The notes under the pieces: model-generated
What the model saw: the letters and a program-made list of their open reading frames with translations, nothing else
Databases searched by the model: none
Told to the model about the DNA's origin: nothing
Part shown: piece after piece, positions 9,162 to 17,652 of the stretch
How positions within the stretch are numbered: the stretch's first letter is position 1
Layout: each line of letters starts with the position of its first letter
Position numbers and translations under genes: made by a program
Virus record (IMG/VR): IMGVR_UViG_3300027689_000031
Span: 1-26,471 of that record
From: a virus
Lineage: Duplodnaviria > Caudoviricetes
DNA length: 26,471 bases
Direction: 5' to 3' (one strand)

Positions 9162-9496
9162 TAGCTAATCTCGCGCCCAGACGCCCGCAAGTTGACTGCC
9201 GCTGCCGCGGACGCAAGCGTAGAGACAAACCCGTCGGATGGCAGGATGTGACCTACGATTTCTGGAAAGGTGTAAGTCTCGCCGGGTTGCAGCGTCCGCG
9301 TCTTGACGATCAGGTTGCTGTTACCCGTGGCTTCGCTAACCGCTGCCAAGTTGACGCTTACATCGACCATGCCGCTGCTGAAGTTGGTAGCTGTGAACTT
9401 GTCAATGATAGTCGTGACGCCAGCCGCCACATACTGCGTGGTCTGGGCGTTTTCCATATTCTTAGCGGGAATGATGTTTGCTGCAATAATTGGCAT
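9161..9496 (-). CDS. Small beta-rich virion protein
   Basis: 111 aa, translationally coupled within the tail module, beta-strand composition. Confidence 0.6.
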   Translation of the reverse strand: MPIIAANIIPAKNMENAQTTQYVAAGVTTIIDKFTATNFSSGMVDVSVNLAAVSEATGNSNLIVKTRTLQPGETYTFPEIVGHILPSDGFVSTLASAAAAVNLRASGREIS

Positions 9497-9508
9497 GAGC
9501 CTATCCTA

Positions 9509-10300
9509 TCAGGTTACGTTGCCGGTGACGTAGAAAGTTTCAGTGCCGACGCACAGCACGTTAGCGACGCCGTAGGCAGCAATGGTGCGGCTGCCTGTGG
9601 TTGCAGTGCCGCCAAGCCGTAGCGTCGTTCCAGCGCCCTGTGAGAGCGTCACGGTGCTGGCGCTGCTGTTGACAACAAGAAACTCGTTACCGGCCACAAA
9701 CACGCCCGACGGGACTGTGGTGGTAGCGGAAACAAACAGATGCTTTCCGATGTCGGAAGCGGCAGCAGTAGTGTTGAGGCTTTGCGGGATGCTGCGGTAG
9801 CCAATAGTAAACCCTGTACCGAGGCTGTCATTGACGGTTGACGCCGAAGCCAAACCTGTGATGGTCTTGTTTGTCAACGTTTGGGTGGCTGTCAGATAGA
9901 CGCCGTTTGTCACAGTGCCAGCGTTACCCGATATGTCGCCAGTGATGGTGGATGTTGTAATTGTAACGCCGCTGATCGTACCGCCGGTGATAGCCACGTT
10001 GTTGGAGTTCTGGCTGGCAACGGTGCCGTAGGTCGCAATGTTGTCAACGGTCCATTGCAACACGTTGGTAGAAGTTTCCAAGACTACTTTGTAGCTGGAC
10101 GCAGTAGAGAACCACAGGTTACATTCGCCGCGGGAGTCCAGAATAACTGGATTGGTGTTGGGTGTAGCCCCCGACGCATCAGTGTATGTCTGCAACGGCG
10201 TTGATGTACCGGCTGCATAGGTATAGACCTTGCCGCCGACCAACGGAGTACCGTTAGCATCGAAGAATTGTGCTTTAGGTTGTTGAGCAAGAACAGTCAT
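9509..10300 (-). CDS. Short tail fibre/adaptor with particle-binding N-terminal domain
   Basis: QFFDANGTPLVGGKVYTYAAGTSTP...NTNPVILDSRG is typical of podovirus tailspike head-binding domains; followed by a Thr/Gly shaft and a small C-terminal beta domain. Confidence 0.75.
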   Translation of the reverse strand: MTVLAQQPKAQFFDANGTPLVGGKVYTYAAGTSTPLQTYTDASGATPNTNPVILDSRGECNLWFSTASSYKVVLETSTNVLQWTVDNIATYGTVASQNSNNVAITGGTISGVTITTSTITGDISGNAGTVTNGVYLTATQTLTNKTITGLASASTVNDSLGTGFTIGYRSIPQSLNTTAAASDIGKHLFVSATTTVPSGVFVAGNEFLVVNSSASTVTLSQGAGTTLRLGGTATTGSRTIAAYGVANVLCVGTETFYVTGNVT

Positions 10301-10309
10301 AGCTAAGCC

Positions 10310-10957
10310 TCAATTAAAGTTATCAGTAACCGTCAGGATAATGGACGGAATTGCGGGGACAGGGGCAGCAGCGCCCACTGCAATAATTTGACAAGCTGTA
10401 TCATCAGTAGAAAAAACCAGTTCAAAATAATCGCCTGCGTTTAAATCTACCACATAATTCCATGCGGCGACAACTGCTGCGTCGCTTCCGGCTAAAGTTA
10501 CTTTTCCAGCAGAGTTTGCCGCATTAACACCATTGACACTATACCATATGTAAACGTGATCGGCGCTGGCAGATGATTTGTTAAGCTGCGCGGAAAACTG
10601 AAAGTTGTAAGTGCCTATGCGGTCTACATAAATGCGCGATGTAGGTGTGCCAATGTAAACGCCATCAGTTATGTCTGTGGTGTTAAACGTAATTGGATAT
10701 GCTGTATTGACAACTGCGGCGGTTTGCGTGGTCGTGTCAAAGAACACGCCGTGGCGTTTATCTTCAAGCTGCGGCGTGTACAGCGGGGCCAAGTCTTGCC
10801 CCATAGACGAACTTGCTGCCGAGTTAGCTTGACCACCGCCAGTTATAGTAAAAAGGTTAAACAGATACCTATACCACTCGCGCGTCATTATGCCGCTTGA
10901 TACATTAATAACCGGCACACGCGACGCGGGAATACGGGTGAGTTGAGTGTTAGGCAT
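10310..10957 (-). CDS. Tail-associated protein (needle/knob-like position) with C1q/BclA-like C-terminal domain
   Basis: MTREWYRYLFNL N-terminus; C-terminal ITFNTTDI...GTYNFQFSAQL...DLNAGDYFELV jelly-roll pattern; directly after gp10. Confidence 0.55.
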   Translation of the reverse strand: MPNTQLTRIPASRVPVINVSSGIMTREWYRYLFNLFTITGGGQANSAASSSMGQDLAPLYTPQLEDKRHGVFFDTTTQTAAVVNTAYPITFNTTDITDGVYIGTPTSRIYVDRIGTYNFQFSAQLNKSSASADHVYIWYSVNGVNAANSAGKVTLAGSDAAVVAAWNYVVDLNAGDYFELVFSTDDTACQIIAVGAAAPVPAIPSIILTVTDNFN

Positions 10958-12482
10958 TTGTGCCGCTCAGTTGCAATTCAGCGCCGGTCAAGTAAATACG
11001 GACAGGATCACTGCCAGACACTTCGTAGACGCGGTCGCGCAGCTTTAGCGTCATGCCAAGCCGGCGCCATATGACGCGGGTGCCTGTTGCGCCGATTGGA
11101 CCCATAGACGCCCAATGTTCGTTGGACCATGTATGGCCGCCATCGTCGGACCAGCGGAGCATGGCCTGCGGATCGTCGCCTTGGCCGTCGTTCAAGCCAA
11201 CGCCTGTCTCGCACTCAAGCTGCAAGCTATGGTTTGCTGTACGTGTGAGATTGTTTTGGCCTGTCGGCAGCGCGCGCCACGACCGCAACCAACGCTGCGC
11301 TATATTGTTGTCTTCAAAAACATTTAGTTCAAACGTGTAGATGTTGCCGTTAGCGTAGTCACCTACGATGATATTGCCTTGAAAGTTACACTGGCAGTTG
11401 CTGCGATGGCGTGAGAATGCACCGCTAACGCCAGAAGGTGTAAGCGGCAACGCTATGTAGAATGCGCCGTCATAAAACGCTTCGCCGTAAAACGCACCTT
11501 CACCCGGCGCAATGGCAGAGTAAGACGACCGCTGGTGCCATGCGCCAGTGGCGGCGTCATACACCCACGTTTCATCTGCGGAAGGAAACGACAGGACGTA
11601 GAACGCATGGCCGTCCTGCTGGTAGGTGTAGCCTATAGCGTCGCTCATGGTTAGGTAGTTTTGGATTTGCCATTCAATTGCGTGCGTTGATATGCGCTGC
11701 GCGCTATAGCCAGACGCACGATAAATGATGCCTTGGCCGCGCGCGTCAGCGCCCAACCAGAACACAGTGTTGTCCATTTTAGCGATAGACGCTGGTGCCG
11801 CGCAACCGATTTCGTTGAACGCACCTTGGATTGGTGACAGCGGGAAATCTATACCACCAGAGTTGTACCACACTTCTGTCGAGTCGGTGCCAAACACCCA
11901 ACATTCGCGGTGATCTACCAACAGGCCCACAACGCCGTCAGGGCTACCTTCGGCGCTGGCAAACTCCAACGGGTCAACTTCAAAACCGTCGTAAATTTGC
12001 GTTACCCAAATTCGCTGACTATCTGGTTCGTTAAACACAAAATAGCCATCTAAGTACGCAACAGTAGCCGCGCCCGGAAAGTCAGGGTCGGTGATTTGCG
12101 TAAACGTGTTGGTTGACTCAGTGTAAATGTATGCGTCAGGATTGCAGGCAAAGAAAATCTGCAAACCGTTGTCAGCAATAGATACAGGGCCGGTGCCAGT
12201 TACGTCGCCCAGTTTAACAGGTGTTCCGGTCAGGCTGGACAGTTTGTAGACTTCAAACCCTGATACAACGTAGAAATCAGTGCCTTGCGTTTGGTGCGCC
12301 CACAGCCCGCGGATCGGGCCATCGCCAATAGTTTGCTGAAACTGCAAGCCGGGGCAACGCTGGATAAACGCAGGCTCTATGCCGCCTTCTGGCACCACTT
12401 CTGGGAACAAGTTTATCATGCGCGCGTTGGCAGCGTTTATTGAACGGGCCACATACGCGCTGCCCAGTATGGGCGTCTTCAT
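10950..12482 (-). CDS. P22 gp10-like packaged-DNA stabilization / tail hub protein
   Basis: MKTPILG...INLFPE, AYLDGYFVFN, FASAEGSPD, STEVWYN, YQQDGHAFYVLSFP, WSDDGGHTWS, WRRLG motifs; synteny after gp4. Confidence 0.85.
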   Translation of the reverse strand: MKTPILGSAYVARSINAANARMINLFPEVVPEGGIEPAFIQRCPGLQFQQTIGDGPIRGLWAHQTQGTDFYVVSGFEVYKLSSLTGTPVKLGDVTGTGPVSIADNGLQIFFACNPDAYIYTESTNTFTQITDPDFPGAATVAYLDGYFVFNEPDSQRIWVTQIYDGFEVDPLEFASAEGSPDGVVGLLVDHRECWVFGTDSTEVWYNSGGIDFPLSPIQGAFNEIGCAAPASIAKMDNTVFWLGADARGQGIIYRASGYSAQRISTHAIEWQIQNYLTMSDAIGYTYQQDGHAFYVLSFPSADETWVYDAATGAWHQRSSYSAIAPGEGAFYGEAFYDGAFYIALPLTPSGVSGAFSRHRSNCQCNFQGNIIVGDYANGNIYTFELNVFEDNNIAQRWLRSWRALPTGQNNLTRTANHSLQLECETGVGLNDGQGDDPQAMLRWSDDGGHTWSNEHWASMGPIGATGTRVIWRRLGMTLKLRDRVYEVSGSDPVRIYLTGAELQLSGTNA

Positions 12483-13192
12483 TAGTAGTTTCCTGCAAAA
12501 ATGTTATACCGCTGGCGCGATGCAATAAGGCTGTATGGCATCGACATGATGTCATCAGGATTGTTGATGCGCTTCAGGTTGCGCTTGGAATACATAGCTA
12601 TGCGCTGAACTTGTGGCGACGGTTCTTCGCCAAACTCAGGTGCTAGTTCGCACGCTAGGTTATAGCGGAACGCACGCAGATAACCGGGCGGGAACGAAAG
12701 GACTGTGTCAAGCGTTGCTGGCTGTGTCAGTTCTTCAACCGAAATGAAATGCCATTCTAAGTCGCGCGTGGGGCGCGGGTAGATAAACATTTCAATGTCA
12801 GGATACGTCATGTTGGTAAAGATAACTTGCGGGAACGTAGAGGACACGGTCTTGACCGCGATGCCATCATACTGCTGCTGGTTAATCATTTTAATGCCGT
12901 AGCTAACGCCACTGCTAGGGTCTTTGAAATATGTAGCGTCATCCAGCAAGATAGGACGGTTGCCAACAAAGTCGCCGGTTGGCCCAAGCGTGCGGCTAAG
13001 TACGCCAGAAGGCCATGTGAAGACTTGGTCTTGTGTCGAGAAGACAGCGAGGCGCTCAGTGTTCCAGCTATCAATCATCTGGTTCATGGCGCGCAGTGCG
13101 TCCTGCGACGTTTCAGCCGATGGAGTTTCGCCTTCTGCCAGAACACCTAGAAGTCTAAGCGAACCGTTGATTGTTTCACCAGCCGTAGCCAT
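12482..13192 (-). CDS. P22 gp4-like head-tail connector
   Basis: TAGETINGSLRLLGVLAEGETPS...LRAMNQMIDSW and AFRYNLACELAPEFG; synteny between capsid genes and gp10. Confidence 0.8.
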   Translation of the reverse strand: MATAGETINGSLRLLGVLAEGETPSAETSQDALRAMNQMIDSWNTERLAVFSTQDQVFTWPSGVLSRTLGPTGDFVGNRPILLDDATYFKDPSSGVSYGIKMINQQQYDGIAVKTVSSTFPQVIFTNMTYPDIEMFIYPRPTRDLEWHFISVEELTQPATLDTVLSFPPGYLRAFRYNLACELAPEFGEEPSPQVQRIAMYSKRNLKRINNPDDIMSMPYSLIASRQRYNIFAGNY

Positions 13193-13211
13193 GCCAAAAT
13201 CCCCATAAAAT

Positions 13212-13242
13212 TTTTAAAAATGGACGGCCCGAAAGCCGTCCA
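13212..13242 (-). terminator. Rho-independent terminator after the capsid/decoration genes
   Basis: Minus strand TGGACGGC-TTTCGG-GCCGTCCA followed by TTTTT. Confidence 0.75.
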
Positions 13243-13248
13243 AATTAT

Positions 13249-13662
13249 TTACGAACAGTGAATGATAGCAAAGTTAATCACTACTGCTTCTGATAGCGAA
13301 CCGCCAGAAATGTTGCGTAGGCTGATGCTGACAGAGCCAGCAGCCAGCGAGTTAGCAAACACGTTGTACGATCCAGCGGTTGCTTGACCACCAGCGATAG
13401 TCAGAATAACAGTGTCATTTGCAGAAATGAAGCTGTTAGTCAGCGTGAACGTAGCGTTAGTGGCAGTAGCCAAAGACGCGTTGTTCATCGTAATAACGCC
13501 TGCTGGCTTGTTCAGTGTAACGCCAGTAGACTTGCTGGTAGCCTGCGTAACGGTGCCTTGACCAGCGGCGGTGTAACCGATTTGCTCATCAGCCAAGATA
13601 AATTGTGCGCCAATAATATCTTGGTCGAGGAAAGCAACACCAATAGATTTGTTGTTAGCCAT
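13249..13662 (-). CDS. Probable capsid decoration / minor structural protein (137 aa)
   Basis: Start MANNKSIG with SD CAGGAG; GTVTQATSKSTGVTLNKPAGVITM beta-rich pattern; downstream of the coat gene. Confidence 0.6.
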   Translation of the reverse strand: MANNKSIGVAFLDQDIIGAQFILADEQIGYTAAGQGTVTQATSKSTGVTLNKPAGVITMNNASLATATNATFTLTNSFISANDTVILTIAGGQATAGSYNVFANSLAAGSVSISLRNISGGSLSEAVVINFAIIHCS

Positions 13663-13682
13663 TAGTTTTCTCCTGAAAAGGA

Positions 13683-13705
13683 TGCCCCGGCATAAAGCCG
13701 GGGCA
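13683..13705 (-). terminator. GC-rich intergenic hairpin (weak terminator or mRNA stabiliser)
   Basis: TGCCCCGGC-N5-GCCGGGGCA, followed on the minus strand by ATCCTTTT. Confidence 0.5.
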
Positions 13706-13711
13706 AACTTA

Positions 13712-14110
13712 TTAGCCAGCGATGCGGTACAGATTGTACGTAGTGTCGCTTGTCTTGACAGCGCGGAACAGTACGCTCTTAGAAGCAACGCCTGCGCCTG
13801 AACCAACCAAGGTCCAGCCGGTGCCTACTACGATAGTAGGAACGCCAGTGCTGGTAGCAACCAAAGCAATATCAAATGCTGAGTTTGTCTTTGCGCTGCT
13901 GATGGTTGCATTAACAATAGCAACCGTAGGGAGTGTAAGGTCGGCTGCACTTGCAGAAGTGTAGACAACCAGACCACCGCCCAAATCGGCAGCAGTTAGG
14001 GTAGCTGCTACGGTGTATGCAGTAGCAACAGGGGACGTGGTCAGGTTAACTTCGGTGAGGTTGCCGTCACCGAGTTGATAGCCGCCAGCGCCATTAGGTA
14101 AAGTAGGCAT
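13712..14110 (-). CDS. Probable capsid decoration protein
   Basis: 132 aa, Thr/Ala/Val beta-rich, immediately after the coat gene; SD AAAGGA. Confidence 0.6.
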   Translation of the reverse strand: MPTLPNGAGGYQLGDGNLTEVNLTTSPVATAYTVAATLTAADLGGGLVVYTSASAADLTLPTVAIVNATISSAKTNSAFDIALVATSTGVPTIVVGTGWTLVGSGAGVASKSVLFRAVKTSDTTYNLYRIAG

Positions 14111-14133
14111 ATTAAAAATCCTTTAAGATAGTT

Positions 14134-14155
14134 GGCCCCCGGCGAACCGAGGGCC
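14134..14155 (-). promoter_or_regulatory. UUCG-capped 9-bp hairpin after the coat stop codon
   Basis: Minus strand GGCCCTCGG-TTCG-CCGGGGGCC; no good U-tract, so more likely a stabiliser or pause element. Confidence 0.5.
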
Positions 14156-14164
14156 GGTATTAAA

Positions 14165-15373
14165 TTAACCCCACATCCGAACAGCCATCTGTGGACGGAT
14201 TGTGCTGTAACCGTACAGAACGTCAATACGGCAAGGCATACGGTCGTTGTTGATGTCGTACTGACGAACAACGCGCAAGCTGATGCCGTTATGCACCTGA
14301 CGCGAAGCCATATCTACACCCTGTGGGAGCAGAAGATCGGCGGTTGCGAAGGTGATAGCGTCCTTGTGGTATACAAGGTTCTGCGGATATGCCGTTGAAG
14401 CCGTACCAACAAAGATGACTGCTTGGCTGGTAGCCGGCAGTGAGTTGACAGTAGCAAGTGCCTGCGTAGCCGAGTAGATCGGTGCAACAGTGAGGTTGCC
14501 TGCGCCAGAAGCGTTGAGCGTGACATCAGCCAAAACAACGAACTGGAACAACGAACCAGTGCTTTCACGCGTCTGTGGGTTAACAGAGAAGCAAGCGTTT
14601 ACAGTAAACACGTCGCCAGCCTTAACGGTTGTCGATGCGCCAGCGCCAGTGATGGCGATGGTGGTTGCACCTTCAGTAGTAACAGCCGACGAAGTCGTGC
14701 CGCCGGTTGCAGTACGCGAACCAACGGTAAACTGCTTGATTGACTGCGACATATTGATTTCGTCGTAGCCAAGTACGCCTGTACCCATCATGCCGTTCTT
14801 GAACTGCTTGCTGATCGTGTCGGTTGGGTTGAATAGACCCTTCAGACCTTCAACCAAACCAGCGTTAGCGGCTGGGTTAACAGTTGCATAGCGTGGCGAC
14901 ATTACAGCAGCATTTTCGTTGAGCTTCTGCTGTGCAGCAAGAAGAACAGCCGAAGTAGCTGGCGTAGTGCCGGGCGTGCCAACAGTGTTACCAATGGTCA
15001 AGAACGAGTTAGCAACGTCAGCGTCGATGCTGGCAGCAAGCTGCGAGATACGTGGCTTGAGAACGCGGTCTGCGAAATCGTCAAGCTGCATCGTCAATTC
15101 AGCAGTCGTGAAGTTGACGCCGATGTGCTTCTGGGTGGAAACAGCAAGAGTTGTGAACTGCTCGTTGTCATCCTGTACCTGAAGGGCTGCGCCGTCAGTT
15201 ACAAGCGCACGGTCTGGAAGACGGATACGCAGGGTTGAGCCAATTTTAGCACCTTCGACAGCAAAGCTATCGTCGTACTGGCGGTTTACGTTACGAGTAA
15301 GCACGAGGTTATTCTCTAGAATTTCTAGAGCCTTCCGCGTGATCATATCAATTGTTAAAATCGAGTTAGACAT
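14165..15373 (-). CDS. Major capsid protein, P22 gp5 coat family
   Basis: MSNSILTIDMITRKALEILENNLV...GAKIGSTLRIRLP; C-terminal SLRVVRQYDINNDRMPCRIDVLYG; follows the scaffold. Confidence 0.9.
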   Translation of the reverse strand: MSNSILTIDMITRKALEILENNLVLTRNVNRQYDDSFAVEGAKIGSTLRIRLPDRALVTDGAALQVQDDNEQFTTLAVSTQKHIGVNFTTAELTMQLDDFADRVLKPRISQLAASIDADVANSFLTIGNTVGTPGTTPATSAVLLAAQQKLNENAAVMSPRYATVNPAANAGLVEGLKGLFNPTDTISKQFKNGMMGTGVLGYDEINMSQSIKQFTVGSRTATGGTTSSAVTTEGATTIAITGAGASTTVKAGDVFTVNACFSVNPQTRESTGSLFQFVVLADVTLNASGAGNLTVAPIYSATQALATVNSLPATSQAVIFVGTASTAYPQNLVYHKDAITFATADLLLPQGVDMASRQVHNGISLRVVRQYDINNDRMPCRIDVLYGYSTIRPQMAVRMWG

Positions 15374-15388
15374 GGTAATAATCCCAAA

Positions 15389-16174
15389 TTATCTGTTGCG
15401 TTGTGCCTCGTACTTCTTGATCTGCCGCATACGTTCTGCTTCGATCCATTCCGACGTAGTCATTGACTTAGTCGAACGAGGATCAGTTGTGTCAAACTGG
15501 TTTGACCCAGTAGAACGTGCTGTGACAGGCGCAATCGGAGCCGGGGCGTTTGAAGTTCTTTTAACCGGCGGATTTGAGGACAATGAAGCCTCAAGTTTTC
15601 CAATTTCTTTTGCCTGCAAAATTGGCGCTAGACGGGCAATACGATCAGCTTCTTTCGGATTAGAGCCGAGATAATATAGAACGTCTGGGCCTGCGTCTGA
15701 CGCTTGGATGCTTTGCGCCATGAAATCCGTAATAGGAAGGTTGGGATTGTATGCGACTTGTTCAAAGTCATCATACCTGTCCCGCGCTGCCTCTTCTAGA
15801 TCATGGTAGGCATCCTGCATTTCAGCTTGCTGACGGGCAGTATCTCGCCGTGCCAGCAATTCTTCAGCTTTACGTTCGGCCAAAACCTCTGCGTAATCTT
15901 CATATGTCTCAAATTGATCAGGGGTAATATCATAGCCTGCTTGCTGGCGGGCTTGGACTTCCTCTGCTCTTTGAGCCTGTTCGCGCTCCCATTTGCGCTG
16001 TTCTCTTGCGAGGCGCTTGCCAACAATTGCGTCAAGTTCTTCTTGTGTGAAGGACTTATTTGCTTCCTGTTCAGCAGGCGTTTCCGGCGTCGTGTTTTCT
16101 ACAGGCTCGATTGCTGCCGTGGCTTCGAGTTCTGGCGCGGAGGCATCCGCTACGTTGGGGACTGTTTCGTCCAT
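15389..16174 (-). CDS. Scaffolding protein
   Basis: Acidic N-terminus, FTQEELDAIVGKRLAREQRK coiled coil, GPDVLYYLGSNP...EIGKLEA, SNAPAPIAPV; directly upstream of coat. Confidence 0.8.
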   Translation of the reverse strand: MDETVPNVADASAPELEATAAIEPVENTTPETPAEQEANKSFTQEELDAIVGKRLAREQRKWEREQAQRAEEVQARQQAGYDITPDQFETYEDYAEVLAERKAEELLARRDTARQQAEMQDAYHDLEEAARDRYDDFEQVAYNPNLPITDFMAQSIQASDAGPDVLYYLGSNPKEADRIARLAPILQAKEIGKLEASLSSNPPVKRTSNAPAPIAPVTARSTGSNQFDTTDPRSTKSMTTSEWIEAERMRQIKKYEAQRNR

Positions 16175-16178
16175 GTTT

Positions 16179-16216
16179 AACTCCTATGGAGTTCCTGATG
16201 TGCCGCATCAGTACGG
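16179..16216 (-). promoter_or_regulatory. Structured 5' leader of the scaffold gene (candidate pseudoknot plus SD-sequestering hairpin)
   Basis: Minus strand CCGTA-CTGATGCGG-CA-CATCAG, then AACTCC-ATA-GGAGTT just before AAAC-ATG. Confidence 0.5.
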
Positions 16217-16231
16217 TTTTCTGAGTAAGGT

Positions 16232-16510
16232 TTACTCGTAAAAAATGCTTGCCTTGGGTGTTGTGCCGCCAAGAACGACATACAAACCCTTGCTAAAACC
16301 TACGCCGCCATCGTCGCCGGTGAACACATAGTTACCGGGGGTAGCTGACGTAAAAGTGTTTAAGATAATTGGATCGGCGGTAGACGCCGTTGCGCTGTCG
16401 TAAACAGCGACAGTTGGAACGGTACCTGAAGATACAAAAATACCCTTCAGTTTACCAAGACCAACCTTGACTTGTGCGGTAGCACTCAAAGATACAAAAG
16501 TAGCAGCCAT
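16232..16510 (-). CDS. Small beta-rich hypothetical (probably virion) protein
   Basis: 92 aa, SD AGGA, in operon; VKVGLGKLKGIFVSS...VAVYDS...GLYVVLGG pattern. Confidence 0.6.
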   Translation of the reverse strand: MAATFVSLSATAQVKVGLGKLKGIFVSSGTVPTVAVYDSATASTADPIILNTFTSATPGNYVFTGDDGGVGFSKGLYVVLGGTTPKASIFYE

Positions 16511-16520
16511 ATGTATTATC

Positions 16521-16883
16521 CTAAGCCAAAAATTTCAATTTGTACAAGGTTGAATAATACAACCCAAAAATCTCGTCGATAATGTTTTGCAAAGGGGTGC
16601 AATCTTTATCAACGACTTTATACCGCATTTCCATCAGTTCGTCTACCTGACCTTCAAGAAACGCAACAATATTGTTTGTCTTCTTAGCTGACATAAGCGA
16701 AATAGGGCCGATTAGGCCATATTTGCCTTGGTAAGCCTCAGCAAATTTGTCAGCCAAGTCAATCACTTCATCATAGAAAGTGTTCAAAGCAGAGTGCTTG
16801 GCAAAGCTGCGCGTGTTCAGGTGCGTCGAATGGGCTACATCGCGCGCAAGAAACAGTGTGCCTACAAAGTCAGCGCATTTCAT
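16521..16883 (-). CDS. Ferritin/Dps-like four-helix-bundle protein
   Basis: AHSTHLNTRSFAKHSALNTFYDEVIDLADKFAEAYQG matches the Dps-type H..H....F..H......Y.......D..AE layout. Confidence 0.65.
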   Translation of the reverse strand: MKCADFVGTLFLARDVAHSTHLNTRSFAKHSALNTFYDEVIDLADKFAEAYQGKYGLIGPISLMSAKKTNNIVAFLEGQVDELMEMRYKVVDKDCTPLQNIIDEIFGLYYSTLYKLKFLA

Positions 16884-17338
16884 GATGATGGACTTTCGGG
16901 CCAGACGATAGCAAACGGGTTAGCTTGGGTCGTTACGTCGCGTAAGGCTTGACGGTATGTAGCCCACGCAGCAGCGTCTACAGGCGCGTCAGGTAGTTGC
17001 GTCCAATCCGAAGCAACCAGCAGCTTGTTACGTTCAGCGCGAATGACATTCCATTGCGCGCCGACCTTTGCGGCTGACTCATCTGCGCTAAGGTCCGTCA
17101 CAATGTAGTTCTGTGTCCAAACGCCGTCGATTAGCAACGCTGGGCCTTCTTCAAGGCTCTGTGTGGCTGCATCGTGATATGGCGGCGTGACGATCTGCTT
17201 CTTGTGAACACCAAAGTGCGTTACTTGCTCGTCAGTCAAACGGCGGGCATAGCAATAGTTATCCGCGTCCCACTGCGTCGGCTCGACATCAAAGATGTGG
17301 CGTATGAAGGTGTCGCCTTGGGCTTGGACATACCACAT
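16880..17338 (-). CDS. Tail fibre assembly chaperone-like protein
   Basis: C-terminal WNVIRAERNKLLVASDWTQLPDAP...WATYRQALRDVT...WP signature. Confidence 0.8.
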   Translation of the reverse strand: MWYVQAQGDTFIRHIFDVEPTQWDADNYCYARRLTDEQVTHFGVHKKQIVTPPYHDAATQSLEEGPALLIDGVWTQNYIVTDLSADESAAKVGAQWNVIRAERNKLLVASDWTQLPDAPVDAAAWATYRQALRDVTTQANPFAIVWPESPSS

Positions 17339-17640
17339 TATTCTGCTTCCTTTGCTTCCCGCTTGGCGGTTACACGCACGACGGCGTCTGCATATGCTTG
17401 TTCGTCTTCAATCTGTGCTTTCAGCGCCGTCATGATGGCGCCCACATTGCCCATTTGCTTGCAGGTGTCGTTAAGTCTTTCTGCTACGCTGGCCGCAAAC
17501 TCGTTGTCTGTAGCGTTTGCCAGCAGATGCTCAAAGTTCTTACGGTCAAAGTCGTAATGAAAATACTCAACCTCACGCGCATACATCGCATCCGCGAGTG
17601 TGTCGTATTTGTATTCATCGCTGAGTTGTGTGTAGATCAT
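17338..17640 (-). CDS. Hypothetical acidic helical protein (fibre-associated)
   Basis: 100 aa, SD CAGGA; lies between fibre and chaperone with TAATG coupling. Confidence 0.6.
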   Translation of the reverse strand: MIYTQLSDEYKYDTLADAMYAREVEYFHYDFDRKNFEHLLANATDNEFAASVAERLNDTCKQMGNVGAIMTALKAQIEDEQAYADAVVRVTAKREAKEAE

Positions 17641-17652
17641 ATAATGTCCTGT

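Noticed and set aside
13663-13806. Upstream extensions in the ORF track (13806, 2176, 1818, 22592, 24602, 26116, 26241 starts)
   Set aside because: They overlap neighbouring genes, hairpins or promoter/SD elements; downstream starts have SD sequences or translational coupling.
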